A DNA stretch of 64,000 nucleotides, taken from NCBI GenBank assembly GCA_963735595.1, contig CAVTLK010000001.1:611591-675590 (forward strand). The letters run 5' to 3'. This DNA comes from an uncultured delta proteobacterium. GTDB lineage: Bacteria > Desulfobacterota > Zymogenia > Zymogenales > Zymogenaceae. Below the pieces are notes generated by a model, which saw only the letters and a list, made by a program, of their open reading frames with translations, did no database searches and was not told the origin of the DNA. Positions 51,668-62,852 of this stretch are shown one piece after another; position 1 is the stretch's first letter, and every line of letters starts with the position of its first letter. Position numbers and translations under genes: made by a program.

Positions 51668-52165
51668 TTATTTATAGTGGCTCAGAACCTCCGCCAACAT
51701 AGCCGGCTTCATCCTTCCATGCACCTCTTCGTCAACAACCACAACCGGCCCCAGTCCGCAGGCTCCGAGGCACCGCACCGACTCCAGAGAGAACATGCGG
51801 TCGGCCGTCGTCTCGCCTTCGCTAATCCCGAGGCTGCGTTTGAGCGTCTCCGCGATGGCCCTGCCCCCCCGAACGTAACAGGCGGTACCGAGACATACCC
51901 GGCAGGTATGCTTGCCGCGCGGTACCATGGTGAAGAAGGAATAAAAGGTCACCACCCCAAAGACCTGTGCCCGCGGAACCCCGAGGCCTTCGGCAATAAG
52001 CTCCTGGATTGAGACGGGCAGAAAACCGAGAACGCCCTGGACTTCTTCAAGAACCGGGATAAGCCCTCCGGGCTTACCCTTAAAACGCTTGATTATTTCG
52101 TCAACTTCCTTGAGTTGTCCCGGGGTAAATTCCTTGGCTATATCAACGTCCGGCAGTTTCTTCAT
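51668..52165 (-). CDS. NuoE/HydC-like [2Fe-2S] subunit
   Basis: GLIPVLEEVQ, VVTFYSFF, VCLGTACYVRG, VRCLGACGLGP. Confidence 0.93.
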   Translation of the reverse strand: MKKLPDVDIAKEFTPGQLKEVDEIIKRFKGKPGGLIPVLEEVQGVLGFLPVSIQELIAEGLGVPRAQVFGVVTFYSFFTMVPRGKHTCRVCLGTACYVRGGRAIAETLKRSLGISEGETTADRMFSLESVRCLGACGLGPVVVVDEEVHGRMKPAMLAEVLSHYK

Positions 52166-52207
52166 AAACCACTCCTTACTTACTGACCATTACAGGAATC
52201 ACATATT

Positions 52208-52757
52208 TTATGCTGTCGCTCCTAACTCCCTGGTTCCTTCCTCGATATCACCCCTGATGAGTGAGAGTACTTCCACGTGTTCGATAGGGACGTCATCGAG
52301 TTCGCACTTAATTGCTCGCGTATCCAGCCGGTATTCCCGGCCGTCTTTCCTATGGGTGTAGACGAAATCAACGTGCGGGCTTCCCGCGATAAGGCTGATG
52401 ATCGTCAGGGCCACATCACCGAGAGGCTGCCGATCGATATTCGAATGCCCGAACGTTACGGTAACCGTGGTGCCCTGCCCCTGTATCGAATCCAGCTTGA
52501 AGCTCCCATCGGCCAGCTCCGCGGCCAGCTTCAGCATGGGAAGGCCCAGACCCACGCGTCGCACCTTCTTTGGTCGTATAGAAGGGATCGAGCGCCTTTT
52601 CCCGTTCGTCGTCGCTCATCCCCTTTCCGTCATCGCTTATCTGAAGCGTGAGCGTATCGGCCTTCGTATCCTCGACAACGGTGATCATTACCGTCCGGCA
52701 TCCGGCACGTATCGAGTTTTCCGCGATATCGAGGATATGTTTCGAAAGTTCCAGCAT
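52208..52757 (-). CDS. Stand-alone HATPase_c (histidine-kinase-like ATPase, no HisKA); apparent frameshift near 52565
   Basis: HILDIAENSIRAG, ISDDGKGM, DPFYTTK/RRVGLGLP, SNIDRQPLGD. Confidence 0.85.
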
Positions 52758-52760
52758 TGC

Positions 52761-53503
52761 TCATTCGATAACGCATCGCCCCTCGGAGTACGCTATGGCC
52801 AGTTTCACCTCTTCAAACGTCGCCTCGGCCAGCCTCATCGTGGTTGCTGCCGAGCCGATATCGGAAAGGCAATGGGCGTCCGACGACGCGATAAAGGGAT
52901 AATGCGACAGATCCGGATATCGTTTCCGCGCCTGTGCGTACCCCAAGTGCCCGGGAGATCTCCAATGCGTCAAGGCCGCTGTCGTTATCTACAAATCCCA
53001 GCTGACTGATGACCGAAAAACTCTCCCGGTCTATATGCGACGCAATGGCAAGCCCCCCAAAGGAATGAATGATCCCGATCAAATCGCTCATCGGGATTTC
53101 GGTCGCCCCGATGAGAAGGCGCTCATTGATCCGTTCCACCTCTCCCTTTTCATTCACGACGGCCTGGCACCCAAAGAGGCGCTCGTCATTTCGGCCCGGG
53201 AGACGGTCATAGACGATCTGTCTGTATTTCCGGCGAGGCTCGTCAAGTACCCGGCAAGAGCGCCAGTATATGAACCTCCTCGCTCGTGGTGATCTCCATT
53301 CCCGGGATAATTCTAAGCGGCTCACGCTCGGCCGCCCGTATTACGTACCGAACGTTTTCGGCGGTGTTGTGGTCGCATATCGCAATCACATCGAGCCCCC
53401 TGGCTACCGCGCCACGGACAAGCGCCGCCGGATGCATATCGAGGTCGGCGCAGGGTGAAAGGCACGTGTGAATATGAAGATCACAGCGATACTCCCTGAA
53501 CAT
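52761..53503 (-). CDS. PHP domain phosphoesterase; apparent frameshifts near 53270 and 52960
   Basis: DLHIHTCLSPC, IAICDHN, GMEITTSEEVHIL, IASHIDRESFS, SSDAH. Confidence 0.88.
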
Positions 53504-53626
53504 GCTCACGACCCCGAAACCTGACCGAACGGCACAACCATCGAGATGCCCCGCCCCGGTGACGGTCCTGTTTCTTTTGCGCATCAGGAAAGGAGCTATG
53601 CCACCGTCGGTTCGGCAAGAAGAACC

Positions 53627-53972
53627 TTATTCTTCTCGCGCCGCAATGAGTTGATATATCCTTGCCGGCTGTCTCAAAGCAGGGAAGCTTCGAAACCATA
53701 ACCGGGACGTTCTCCTGCACCGCCTTTTCGAGCGTTTCCCGGGCCGGTTCGTTATTGTCAACCAGGATGATCCCGGCAAGGTCCTTAAGCGTCGCAACGG
53801 CGACGATATTCTGATGTACCTGGCGCGTAACCCAGATATCTCCCTGCTTACTGTTGGCGATCACGTCAGACAGGAGGTCGCCGACATAGCCGCCGTTGAC
53901 TTCAACCGTGAGATTCTGCGCTCCCGACCTGACCACCAGGTTGAGATTTTTAACGATAGAACCGAGTTCCAT
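53627..53972 (-). CDS. DRTGG/HPr-kinase-N-like domain protein; indel near 53660
   Basis: GGYVGDLLSDVIA...DIWVT.Q.HQNIVAVA.LKDLAGIIL; restored end IYQLIAAREE-TAA. Confidence 0.8.
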
Positions 53973-53991
53973 TTCTCAGCCCGCCTTATCG

Positions 53992-54448
53992 TTATGAAGC
54001 ATCGGTGATATCGACGACCATCACCAGCCTGGTTCCCTTTCCGACCTCCGAGGTAATATCGAAGTCGTCAGCGTATCGGTCAATATTCACCCAGCCCCAT
54101 CCCCGCGCCGAAACCCATCTCCCGTATCTTGGCCGTCGAGGTGCTGTACCCCGCCTGCCTGGCCAGGTCGATGTCGGGGATACCTTCCCCCTCGTCGACC
54201 ACCTCGATGACAACGTGATCCTCGTCCACCGACAGCGTGATATCACCCCGCCGGGCATAACAGACGATGTTCATCTCCGCCTCAAAGGTGCAGATGGCGG
54301 CCTTCCGAATCACGTCGAGGGGCAGACACATCTTCTTCAGTATGCCCTTGATGCGGCTCGAAACCTTGCCCGCGTCATCGAAGTCGCCGCCGGCGACCGA
54401 AAAGGTGTCCGAAAAGGACGGTTTTCTATCCGCGTTTTTTTCCGGCAT
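53992..54448 (-). CDS. RsbT-like anti-sigma regulatory factor (Ser/Thr kinase, HATPase_c_2); indel near 54100
   Basis: GGDFDDAGKVSS, TFEAEMNIVCYA, DEGEGIPDI..A..GYST, GFGAGMGL, SEVGKGT. Confidence 0.88.
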
Positions 54449-54800
54449 CTACCTTATCCACGCAGCCGACGATCCCCCATCTGTAGAGCCGTCCCGCAGT
54501 TTCGAAGAGGATGTACCGCGTCATGAGGATGGGTATCTTCAGTTCCTCGGCAAGTTTGACGGTCTCCGGAGGCGGTACCTTACCCCGGACGATGATGATG
54601 GCGGCGATATCGAGGATCTCGGACGTGCGGATCACCTGCGGATTCGTCAGGCCGGTTAACAAGCATGGTGCCCGGTCGGGCGAACGCGAGCACATCGCTC
54701 ATCAGGTCAGCGCCGAAGGCGGTATCACCTCCTTTTGCATCTGATCCTGTCCGACGACTACTTCGGCATCGAGTATCTGTCGTACCTCGCTAAGTTTCAC
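54426..54800 (-). CDS. DRTGG domain protein; several indels
   Basis: Manual reconstruction gives MKLSEVRQILDAEVVVG...AFGADLMSDVLAFARPGTMLLTGLTNPQVIRTSEILDIAAIIIVRGK. Confidence 0.8.
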
Positions 54801-54916
54801 GTAACCGGGTACCTCATAACTATTTGGTTAGCAGAGCCCGCCGTTGGCGCCGATCGAATGTGCACGCGACATCCGATACTACAAGCGTCTCCTTATCCGC
54901 TGTCCGTCAGTTCGGT

Positions 54917-56345
54917 CTATCTCGTCGCTATTTCTTTTTTTCCGTTCATCACGTAGGCGTGCATGGCCTGCGCGGCTTTCCTTCCGGCGCCCATCGCCAG
55001 GATGACGGTGGCGGCGCCGGTAACGATATCGCCGCCGGCATAGACGCCCTCCCGCGAGGTCAGGCCGGTCTCTTCGTCGGCGACGATGTTGCCCTTCCTC
55101 CCGGTATCGAGCCCCGGGGTCGTTGCGGGCACGAGCGGATTCGGGCTGTTACCGATGGCCACCACGACCGTATCCACCGGGTATCCTGAATTCGGACCCC
55201 TTGATCGGAACGGGTCGCCGTCTGCCGGAATCGTCGGGCTCACCCAGTTCCTGTTTCTGGCACTCGATCTCCCTGACCCAGTTGTTTTCGTCACCGATGA
55301 ACGCTATCGGGTTGGTAAGAATGTGGAACTGAATCCCTTCATCCTTCGGCGTGGTGGACTTCTTCTTTTCTGGCCGGCATTTCTTCGAGCGAGCGCCGAT
55401 ATATAATATACGCGTTGTCCGCCCCAAGCCTCAGCGCCGTCCGCGCGCTGTCCATGGCGACGTTGCCGCCGCCGATGACCGCCACGTTCTTGCCCAGCAC
55501 GATGGGTGTATCGTATTTAGGGAAGAGATACGCCTTCATGAGGTTGGAGCGGGTGAGATACTCGTTTGCCGAGTAGACCCCGTTGAGGTTTTCGCCGGGA
55601 ACGCCCAGAAAGAGCGGGAAGCCCCGCCCCGGTGCCCAGGAATACGGCATCGTACTCGGACAAGAATCGTATCTACCGTCCGGATTTTGCCAATGACATA
55701 GTTGGTGACGAACTTCACCCCCATCTTCTTGAGATAGTCCGACCTCGGCCTCGACGATCGCCTTCGGCAGACGGAACTCGGGGATACCGTAGACGAGCAC
55801 TCCTCCCGGTCTTGTGGAGGGCCTCAAAGACGGTGACGTCGTGGCCCAGGAGCCTGAGGGTGCCGGCCACCGTCAGCCCCGCGGGGCCCGATCCCACCAC
55901 GGCGATCTTCTTGCCGGTGGAAACGGCGATCTTCGGCACCTCGACCTTTCCGGCGTTTCGCTCGTAGTCGGCGGCAAATCTCTCCAGACGCCCGATGGCC
56001 ACCGGATCGCCCTTTTTGGCCAGAACGCACTTCACCTCGCACTGCTCCTCCTGGGGACAGACCCTCCCGCAGACGGCCGGCAGCGCGTTGGTCTCCTTGA
56101 TCTTTTTGGCCGCGCCGATGAAATCCCCGGTCTCGATCATCGAGATAAATCCGGGTATATCGATTTCGACCGGACAGCCGGCAACGCAGCTCGGCTTTCT
56201 TGCACTTCAGGCAGCGTTGCGCCTCGCGTATCGCGGTCTCTTCACTATACCCAAACGGGACCTCATTGAAGTTTTTGCCGCGAACCTTGGGATCCTGTTC
56301 CGGCATTTTTTGCCGGGGAATTTGCATACGCTCTTTGGCTTCCAT
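54917..56345 (-). CDS. nfnB: NfnB / NADPH-dependent GltD-like large subunit; multiple indels
   Basis: RGKNFNEV, EAQRCLKC, NALPAVCGRVCPQEEQCE, GSGPAGL, YGIPEFRLPK, GGGNVAMD, GGDIVTGAATVILAMGAG. Confidence 0.88.
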
Positions 56346-56354
56346 GGTTATCCT

Positions 56355-57192
56355 CTATTTCTTGAGCGCCTGATTGAGAAAGCAATCCAGGGATTCGTGT
56401 TCCTGTTTCATGTAGGTCTTCTGACGCATCATCAGCTCTTTGAAATCCACCTGATGCCCGTCAAATTCCGGCCCTTCCACACAGGCGAACTTGGACTTAC
56501 CGTCGACCGAAACGCGGCACCCTCCGCACATGCCGGTGGCGTCAACCATGATGGAGTTCAGCGATACGACGGTATGGATTTTGTAGGGCCGCGTCACCTC
56601 GCTGACGGCCCGCATCATTACGACCGGGCCGATGGCCACCACGATATCGATCTTTTCCCCGGATTTAATAATCTCCTCGAGTGCCTGGGTAACGAACCCC
56701 TTCTGCCCGTAGGTCCCGTCATCGGTCATGACGATAAGCCGATCGGAGACCTTCTTCATCTCCTCTTCGAGGATAAGGAGGTCCTTGGTTCGGGAGCCGA
56801 TGATGGTGATGACCTTGTTACCCGCCTTCTTGAGCGCCTCGGTAATCGGATACATGGGCGCTACCCCCACGCCCCCGCCAACACAGACTACGGTCCCGAA
56901 CTTTTCTATGTGGGTGGGCCTGCCGAGGGGACCGGCGAGGTCAAGGATGTTGTCACCCTGGTTCATCGTCCCGAGGAGTTTCGTGGATTTGCCGACTTCC
57001 TGAAAGATAATGGTAACGGTGCCCGCCTTTGGGTCGGCGTCCGCGATGGTCAGGGGAATTCGCTCCCCCTGCTTCGTTGATACGAAGCACGATAAACTGT
57101 CCGGCCTTGCGCGCCTCGGCGATCTCACGGGCTTCGAGAACCATCTTGACAACGTCGGCCGACAGCCGTTCTTTTTTCACAATCTTTGCCAC
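56355..57192 (-). CDS. nfnA: NfnA / PyrK-like small subunit (FAD, [2Fe-2S]); indel near 57075
   Basis: AGQFIVLR, GERIPLTIAD, GPLG, GGGVG, AIGPVVMM, MVDATGMCGGCRV...ACVEGPEFD. Confidence 0.9.
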
Positions 57193-57440
57193 TTCAGGCT
57201 CGCTCCTTTATCACATGGTATATAGTGCGTCGTGTCGATCGTTTTTTCGCAAAATTAAGGACGCCGTCCCGGAGAACCGCTTCGATAAATTCCTGATCAC
57301 ACATAGATATCCGGCGTCCTGATTCATACCGCTATCGGCTGGACTTCCGGGGCCGGCCTGTTTGGCCGGCCCCGTATCCTTACCAATCTGTTACGTACAT
57401 AATCAGATTCTTACTGAAAAAACTTCGCGCCGCTACGCCG

Positions 57441-58688
57441 TTACGCCTTCTTGGGCGCGGGAGCCTTATAAGGAGCGCGAGCAGGAATCCGACGACGAGA
57501 AACGCCGCCGCTATGTACAGGGCCACACCCTTGAACTGGGCAAAGACCCACGGGCCGATGATTCCGGCGGTTGCCCACGCGGTCAGCATGAATCCGTAGA
57601 CCCTGCCGATGTAGGTCGGTCCGAACGAGTCTGCCGCAAACGCGGGCATCGTCGCGAATCCGCCGCCGTAGCAGGCCAGCAGGTAGCAGGCGATGACGGT
57701 AAACAGCACCGCAGCCACCGACCTTCGGAAGCAGGATGTAGAGGACGGCCTGCGTGGCGAACATGATCATGAACACGGCCTTGCGCCCGATCGTGTCCGA
57801 TATCCACGCCCAGAAGAGCCTGCCGAGGCCGTTGAAGATCGACGCGATGGAAAGGATCGTTCCGCCGGCGACCGCCAGCGCGGCCGCAAGCTTGACGGGA
57901 TCGGTCTTCTGTCATCGGTCTTTTTCAGCACTTCCTGCGCCATCGGGCGACAGCTGTGAGATAAGGCCCAGGCCCGCCGATACGTTCAGGAAGAGCATGC
58001 CCCAGAGCATCCACCATTGCGGGCTTTTTCTGAGCCTCAGCCGCGGTAAATGAACCGGCGGCCGACGTTGCCGTCTTGGACGGGGTGAATCCCTTCGGCA
58101 GCCATCCCTGGGGCGGGTTCTTATAGAACGAAGCCGCACCGACACAGAGGACCAGGAAGATCGCGCCAAGGATGTACCACGTATTGGCGACACCCATTTT
58201 GAGGATCATCACCGGGGCAAGCTTGCCGATAAAAAAGGCACCCCCGCCATAGCCCATAACGGCAAGGCCGGTCACCAGGCCGCGCTTATCCGGAAACCAT
58301 CGAATAAGCGTGGCTATCGGCGTTACATACGCGGCGCCACCACCCATACCGGCGAATAAGCCAAAGCCGATATAGAGGAGGACTATGCTTCCGACGGAAT
58401 CGGCTAGACCTGCCATCATCGTGCCGATACCGAACAGGATAGCACCGATGGTCGCCACGAAACGGGGACCTTTTTTGTCAAGAATACTGCCGCCGAACGC
58501 TGCCGAAAGGCCGGTAAACGCCATCGGATCATAAAGGTAACCTGCACCCCGACCTCTTCCCAGCCGTGTGCTTCCATGAGCGGTTTCTTGAAGACCGACC
58601 ATGCGTAGACGGAGCCGAGGCAGAGCTGCATCACGATCGCCGCAACGGCTATCCACCAGCGCTTCATTTCTAAATTTTCTTTACTCAT
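57441..58688 (-). CDS. OFA-family (oxalate/formate antiporter, OxlT-like) MFS transporter; multiple indels
   Basis: CLGSVYAWSVF, GPRFVA, YVTPIATLIRWFPDKRGLVTGLAVMGYGGGA, YGGGFATMPAFAAD.FG....GRVYG.MLTAW. Confidence 0.88.
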
Positions 58689-58898
58689 TATTGCATTCCC
58701 TCTCAGAACTGTTATTGACGTAGCGTACAGTGAAACCGGCCTGTTCCGGTTTGCTTTCCACGATTCTCTTGGCTGTCTCTATATTATGCTCCCTCCCCTC
58801 CATGAAGCAGGACGTGTATCCGGGGCGGGGAGAAAGCGTGGTTCAATAATAGTATGAAACTGACGCTCAAGGGCGTCGCGTAACGCACTCTCTTGAAA

Positions 58899-58952
58899 TG
58901 AATGAGTACTCATTCACGCGACGACTGTAACATACGCCCTATTTCCTGTCAA
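58899..58952 (-). promoter_or_regulatory. Sigma70 promoter of the OFA transporter with a perfect 18-bp palindromic operator at the predicted start site
   Basis: TTGACA (58952-58947), 17 nt, TACAGT (58929-58924); palindrome TGAATGAGTACTCATTCA at 58899-58916. Confidence 0.75.
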
Positions 58953-59217
58953 GGGAAAATATCGTCATTCTTTCTATCAGTATTTTACTACTCGGTCTGC
59001 ACCGCGACCTAATAAACCGCTTTGTTGTGCGGGCGTGAAACCGGATAGGATACAGCAGCCGCATCAGAATAACATATCAGTATATCAAATCGGGTATTTT
59101 CAGTCAATGATTTTGTTGAAATTGGCTATGATATGTTATTGGACGACCCATCCCGTTGTTCGGTTTCATCGCCGCCCCCCCATTTGGATCGACTCCCGAC
59201 ACCGGGTGTTGGGTCTT

Positions 59218-61527
59218 TCATTCCGGGGATATACCGGCCTTCACCCTGCCGCCTGCCGTAACCGCCTGCCCCAGGGCAATCCCGCCGTCGTTGGTTGGCA
59301 CGCGGCGGTGAGTCAGTACCTCAAGCCGCGCCTTTTCGAGCGAATCGATCACGCCGGCCAGGAGCAGCCTGTTCTGAAAGCATCCGCCGCTCAGCGCCAC
59401 CCGGCCGATCCCCGTTGTCTCGGCGATTTCTTTTACCGTCTGAACGATCCCGGCAATCAGCGTCGCGTGAAACGCCGCCGCCAGGTCCTGACGGGAGATA
59501 CCGGCATCCATTCCCTCGACGATTGCGCGAATCGTACCGGACAGGTCCAGGACGACCGTATCGTCCTTCAGTATGACTTCGAATGGGAGGATATCCGCGG
59601 CCCCTGCCGCAGCACACGCCTCAAGCTCCATCGCGGCCTGCCCTTCGTAGCTCACGCTTCTCTTCAATCCAAGGATTGCCGCTACTCCGTCAAATACCCG
59701 GCCCATGCTTGTGGTTACGGGGCTGTTGATATCCCGGTCTACCATTCGCATGAACGCCCCTTTCGCGGCGCATTCCGGCACCAATCCAAGCCGCTCGGCA
59801 ATACCCTGCCACCGGCTTCCATACGCGGTCTTTACGAGGCTTGCTCCCGTCCGCCACGGCTCACGGATAGCCGCCTCTCCTCCCGGAAGGGTAAAGGGGG
59901 CCAGGTGTCCCGCCCGTTTGAACCCAACCCGGTCCGCGATGAGCCATTCTCCGCCCCAGATTGTCCCGTCCGTGCCGTAGCCGGTCCCATCCAGCGCCAC
60001 CCCGATTACCGTGTCCGATACCCCGTTTTCCGCCATGCAGGATACGATATGGGCGTGGTGGTGCTGGACCATGTGAACGATCGCCCCCTTCATACGCCGA
60101 GCCGCATCGGTCGTGAAATAGCCCGGGTGAAGATCGCAGGCGACGACCTTCGGCCCGCATTCGGTTATTCGCTGCATGAGCGCGACGGTCTCGTAGAAAA
60201 AGCCGCGCGCGCCGGGCGTATCCATGTCGCCGATATAGGGGCTCATGAAGGCCAGGTTCCCTTTCAGGATGCACACGGTTGACTTCAGGTGCCCCCCGAC
60301 GGCCAGAACCTCGGGATACGATTCGGCAAGGACGATCGGCCCGGGGACGTACCCCCGTGACCGGCGCAGTATCGCCGGCCGCTCCCCCACCACCATCGCG
60401 ATCGAATCGTCGCACCGAACGACGATCTCCCGGTCGTGGACAAGGAAGAAGTCGGCTATATCCGAGAGACTCGCCAGCGCGTCCTCGTTCCCGATGGCAA
60501 TCGGCTCTCCGGAGCGGTTCCCGCTCGTCATGACCAGGGGCGGCATGTCGGAATCAAAAAGGAGGTGCTGCAACGGGGTGTAGGGCAGCATAACGCCGAA
60601 AGTTCCCATCCCCGGGGCAACGGACTGCGCGACGATAGTCTTTTCGGTGCGTGGCATAAGAACAATCGGCCGCCTGGCCGACGTCAAGAGCGCTTGTTCT
60701 TCGGGCGTAATCTCGACAATCCGGCGGGCCTCCCGGAGATCCCTGACCATGAGCGCGAACGGCTTTTCTTCTCGAAGCTTGCGCCGCCTGAGCCGCAGGA
60801 CCGCTTCGTCATCGGTCGCGTCGACGGCCAGGTGAAATCCCCCGACACCCCGGATCGCCATGATCGAGCCGGAACGCAACAAGCGCGCCGCCTCGCCCAC
60901 TGGATCGCCCGTGTCAACGGGCACGCCGTCGCCCGTCAGCAGCAGCACCTTCGGCCCGCAACGGGCGCAGGCGTTCGGCTGGGCGTGGAACCGCCGGCTT
61001 GCGGGATCCTCGTATTCGCTCCTGCAGTCCGGACAGAGATCAAATGCAGCCATCGAGGTCTTTTCCCGGTCATAGGGGATATCTTGAATGATGGTCAGAC
61101 GGGGGCCGCAGTCGGTACAGTTGATGAATGGATAATGGTAGCGGCGATCGCCGGGGTCAAAGAGCTCCTCGACGCACCGGTCGCACGTCGCGATGTCGGG
61201 GGGGATGTGCAGGGCCGATTGCCCGGTCCTGCGGCTCGCTATGATGCGAAACTCGTCGGCCCCGACCGTCGGGATCGTTTCTTTTACGAGAGCCGGTGAT
61301 CTCGGCCAGCGGCGGGAGTTCCGTTTCGGACGGCGGAAAAGAAGGATGATACCGAAGGGGGTTGTCCTTCCAGCTCCACGACAACGCCGTCCGACGTGTT
61401 CTTTACGAACCCCGCCAGTCCGAAGCGTACGGCGTATCCGATAGATAAAGGGACGAAAGCCCACTCCCTGCACCGTGCCGGAGAACAGGGACCTCACGCG
61501 AATACGATCGTCCGAATTGGTTAACAA
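59218..61527 (-). CDS. hypF: Carbamoyltransferase HypF (compensated indels in the N-terminal acylphosphatase domain)
   Basis: GTVQGVGFRPF, CTDCGPR, RFHAQPNAC, GGFHLAVDA, VQHHHAH, DGTGYG, GGCFQN, NDGGIALGQA. Confidence 0.93.
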   Translation of the reverse strand: MLTNSDDRIRVRSLFSGTVQGVGFRPFIYRIRRTLRTGGVRKEHVGRRCRGAGRTTPFGIILLFRRPKRNSRRWPRSPALVKETIPTVGADEFRIIASRRTGQSALHIPPDIATCDRCVEELFDPGDRRYHYPFINCTDCGPRLTIIQDIPYDREKTSMAAFDLCPDCRSEYEDPASRRFHAQPNACARCGPKVLLLTGDGVPVDTGDPVGEAARLLRSGSIMAIRGVGGFHLAVDATDDEAVLRLRRRKLREEKPFALMVRDLREARRIVEITPEEQALLTSARRPIVLMPRTEKTIVAQSVAPGMGTFGVMLPYTPLQHLLFDSDMPPLVMTSGNRSGEPIAIGNEDALASLSDIADFFLVHDREIVVRCDDSIAMVVGERPAILRRSRGYVPGPIVLAESYPEVLAVGGHLKSTVCILKGNLAFMSPYIGDMDTPGARGFFYETVALMQRITECGPKVVACDLHPGYFTTDAARRMKGAIVHMVQHHHAHIVSCMAENGVSDTVIGVALDGTGYGTDGTIWGGEWLIADRVGFKRAGHLAPFTLPGGEAAIREPWRTGASLVKTAYGSRWQGIAERLGLVPECAAKGAFMRMVDRDINSPVTTSMGRVFDGVAAILGLKRSVSYEGQAAMELEACAAAGAADILPFEVILKDDTVVLDLSGTIRAIVEGMDAGISRQDLAAAFHATLIAGIVQTVKEIAETTGIGRVALSGGCFQNRLLLAGVIDSLEKARLEVLTHRRVPTNDGGIALGQAVTAGGRVKAGISPE

Positions 61528-61534
61528 GCATCCA

Positions 61535-62636
61535 TCATTGGTACTTGTAATAGGCCGCGCAGGTTCCCTCCGCCGAGACCATGCAGGGGCCGAGGGGGTT
61601 TCGAGGGAAGCACGCCGAGCCGAAACCGCGGACATTCGGGTGGCGAGATGATCCCCTTGAGCACGTCTCCGCAGCGGCAGCCCGGCGTATCGTGAGACTC
61701 AACGGCCGGGATGTCAAATCGCATCGACGCGTCAAATCCCCGATACTCCTTACGAAAGCCAAGGCCGCTTTTCGGTATCATCCCGAGGCCCCGCCAGATG
61801 CGAGTCGGCCAGCTCGAAGACCTCGTATGAGGATCCTGCGGGCCGCCGCTATTGCCCTCTTCCTTGACGCGCGCGCCGATACTGAATCTCGGTCTTTACG
61901 TCTCCCGGAGATGATCTGTTCCAGGATCATCAGATCCCTTCGAGGATGTCCACCGGCTCAAAACCGGTGATCACTCCCGCCCGGCCGCTTTCGGGCGATG
62001 ATGCGAATAGGCGGCCGTCCCGAGGATCGTGCTCACGTGCCCGGGAAGCATGAAACCGTCCACGGAGATCAGGGGATCGGAAAGGAGTGCATCGATTGCC
62101 GGGGGGATAACTTTATGAACGGAAAACACCGCGAGATTGGAAATGGAGCATGACACTGGCGGTCTTGACGACCGACGCCGCCGCCGGCGACGTCGTCTCG
62201 AATCCGATCCCCATGAAGACGATCTGCCGGTCCGGGATTGTTTTTGCGCCAGCGTCCAGACACTCCACCGCGGAATCGACGACCCTGACGTCCGCACCGT
62301 CGGCCCGCTCCTTTTCCAGCGACCGCCGTTCCGGTGCCGGGCACCCGGAGCATGTCGCCGAAGGAGGCAAATATGACGCCGGGCTGACGGGCCAGGAACA
62401 GCGCCGCGTCGACGTCCTGCACGGCAGGTCACGCAGACCGGACAGCCGGGTCCCGAAATAAGCCGGATGTTTTCGGGGAGCAGTCCCCGTATGCCGAAAC
62501 GGCCGATGGCGTTGGTGTGGCTTCCGCAGACCTCCATAATGGTGATCGACCGGGTTAGCCGTCCCGCCCGTTTTCTGACTGCGGCCAGAAGCCCGTTAAA
62601 AAGCTTCGGGTCCCGATACTCGTCAATAAACTTCAT
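61535..62636 (-). CDS. hypD: Hydrogenase maturation protein HypD; multiple indels
   Basis: MEVCGSHT, GPGCPVCVT, GIGFETT, GFMLPGHVSTI, GCRCGDVLKG..SP.EC..FG..C.P.NP.GPCMVSAEGTCAAYY. Confidence 0.92.
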
Positions 62637-62850
62637 GTTCGGTAAGCTCCCGAAGCAGCGCAAGCTTCTCCCTGGCGAGCTCCTCATCGACCTTATGAAT
62701 CGCGAAGCCCGCGTGACAGATGACGTAATCCCCGATCGTGACCTCTTCATCGATCAGGTCCAGAAAGGCCTCGCGCCGAGTCCCTTCGATATCGATAATC
62801 GCCCGATTATCGTCGATGGAGATGATTTTCCCGGGAAATGCAATGCACAT
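62623..62850 (-). CDS. hypC: Hydrogenase chaperone HypC
   Basis: MCIAFPGKI...GDYVICHAGFAI. Confidence 0.95.
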   Translation of the reverse strand: MCIAFPGKIISIDDNRAIIDIEGTRREAFLDLIDEEVTIGDYVICHAGFAIHKVDEELAREKLALLRELTEHEVY

Positions 62851-62852
62851 TG

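Noticed and set aside
54917-56345. Glutamate synthase small subunit (gltD)
   Set aside because: It is paired with a PyrK-like NfnA gene and no gltB is present, which is the NfnAB/SudAB arrangement.
57200-57230. Rex operator upstream of nfnA
   Set aside because: Only a half-site (TTATCACA) is present, with no TTGTGA-N6-TCACAA palindrome.
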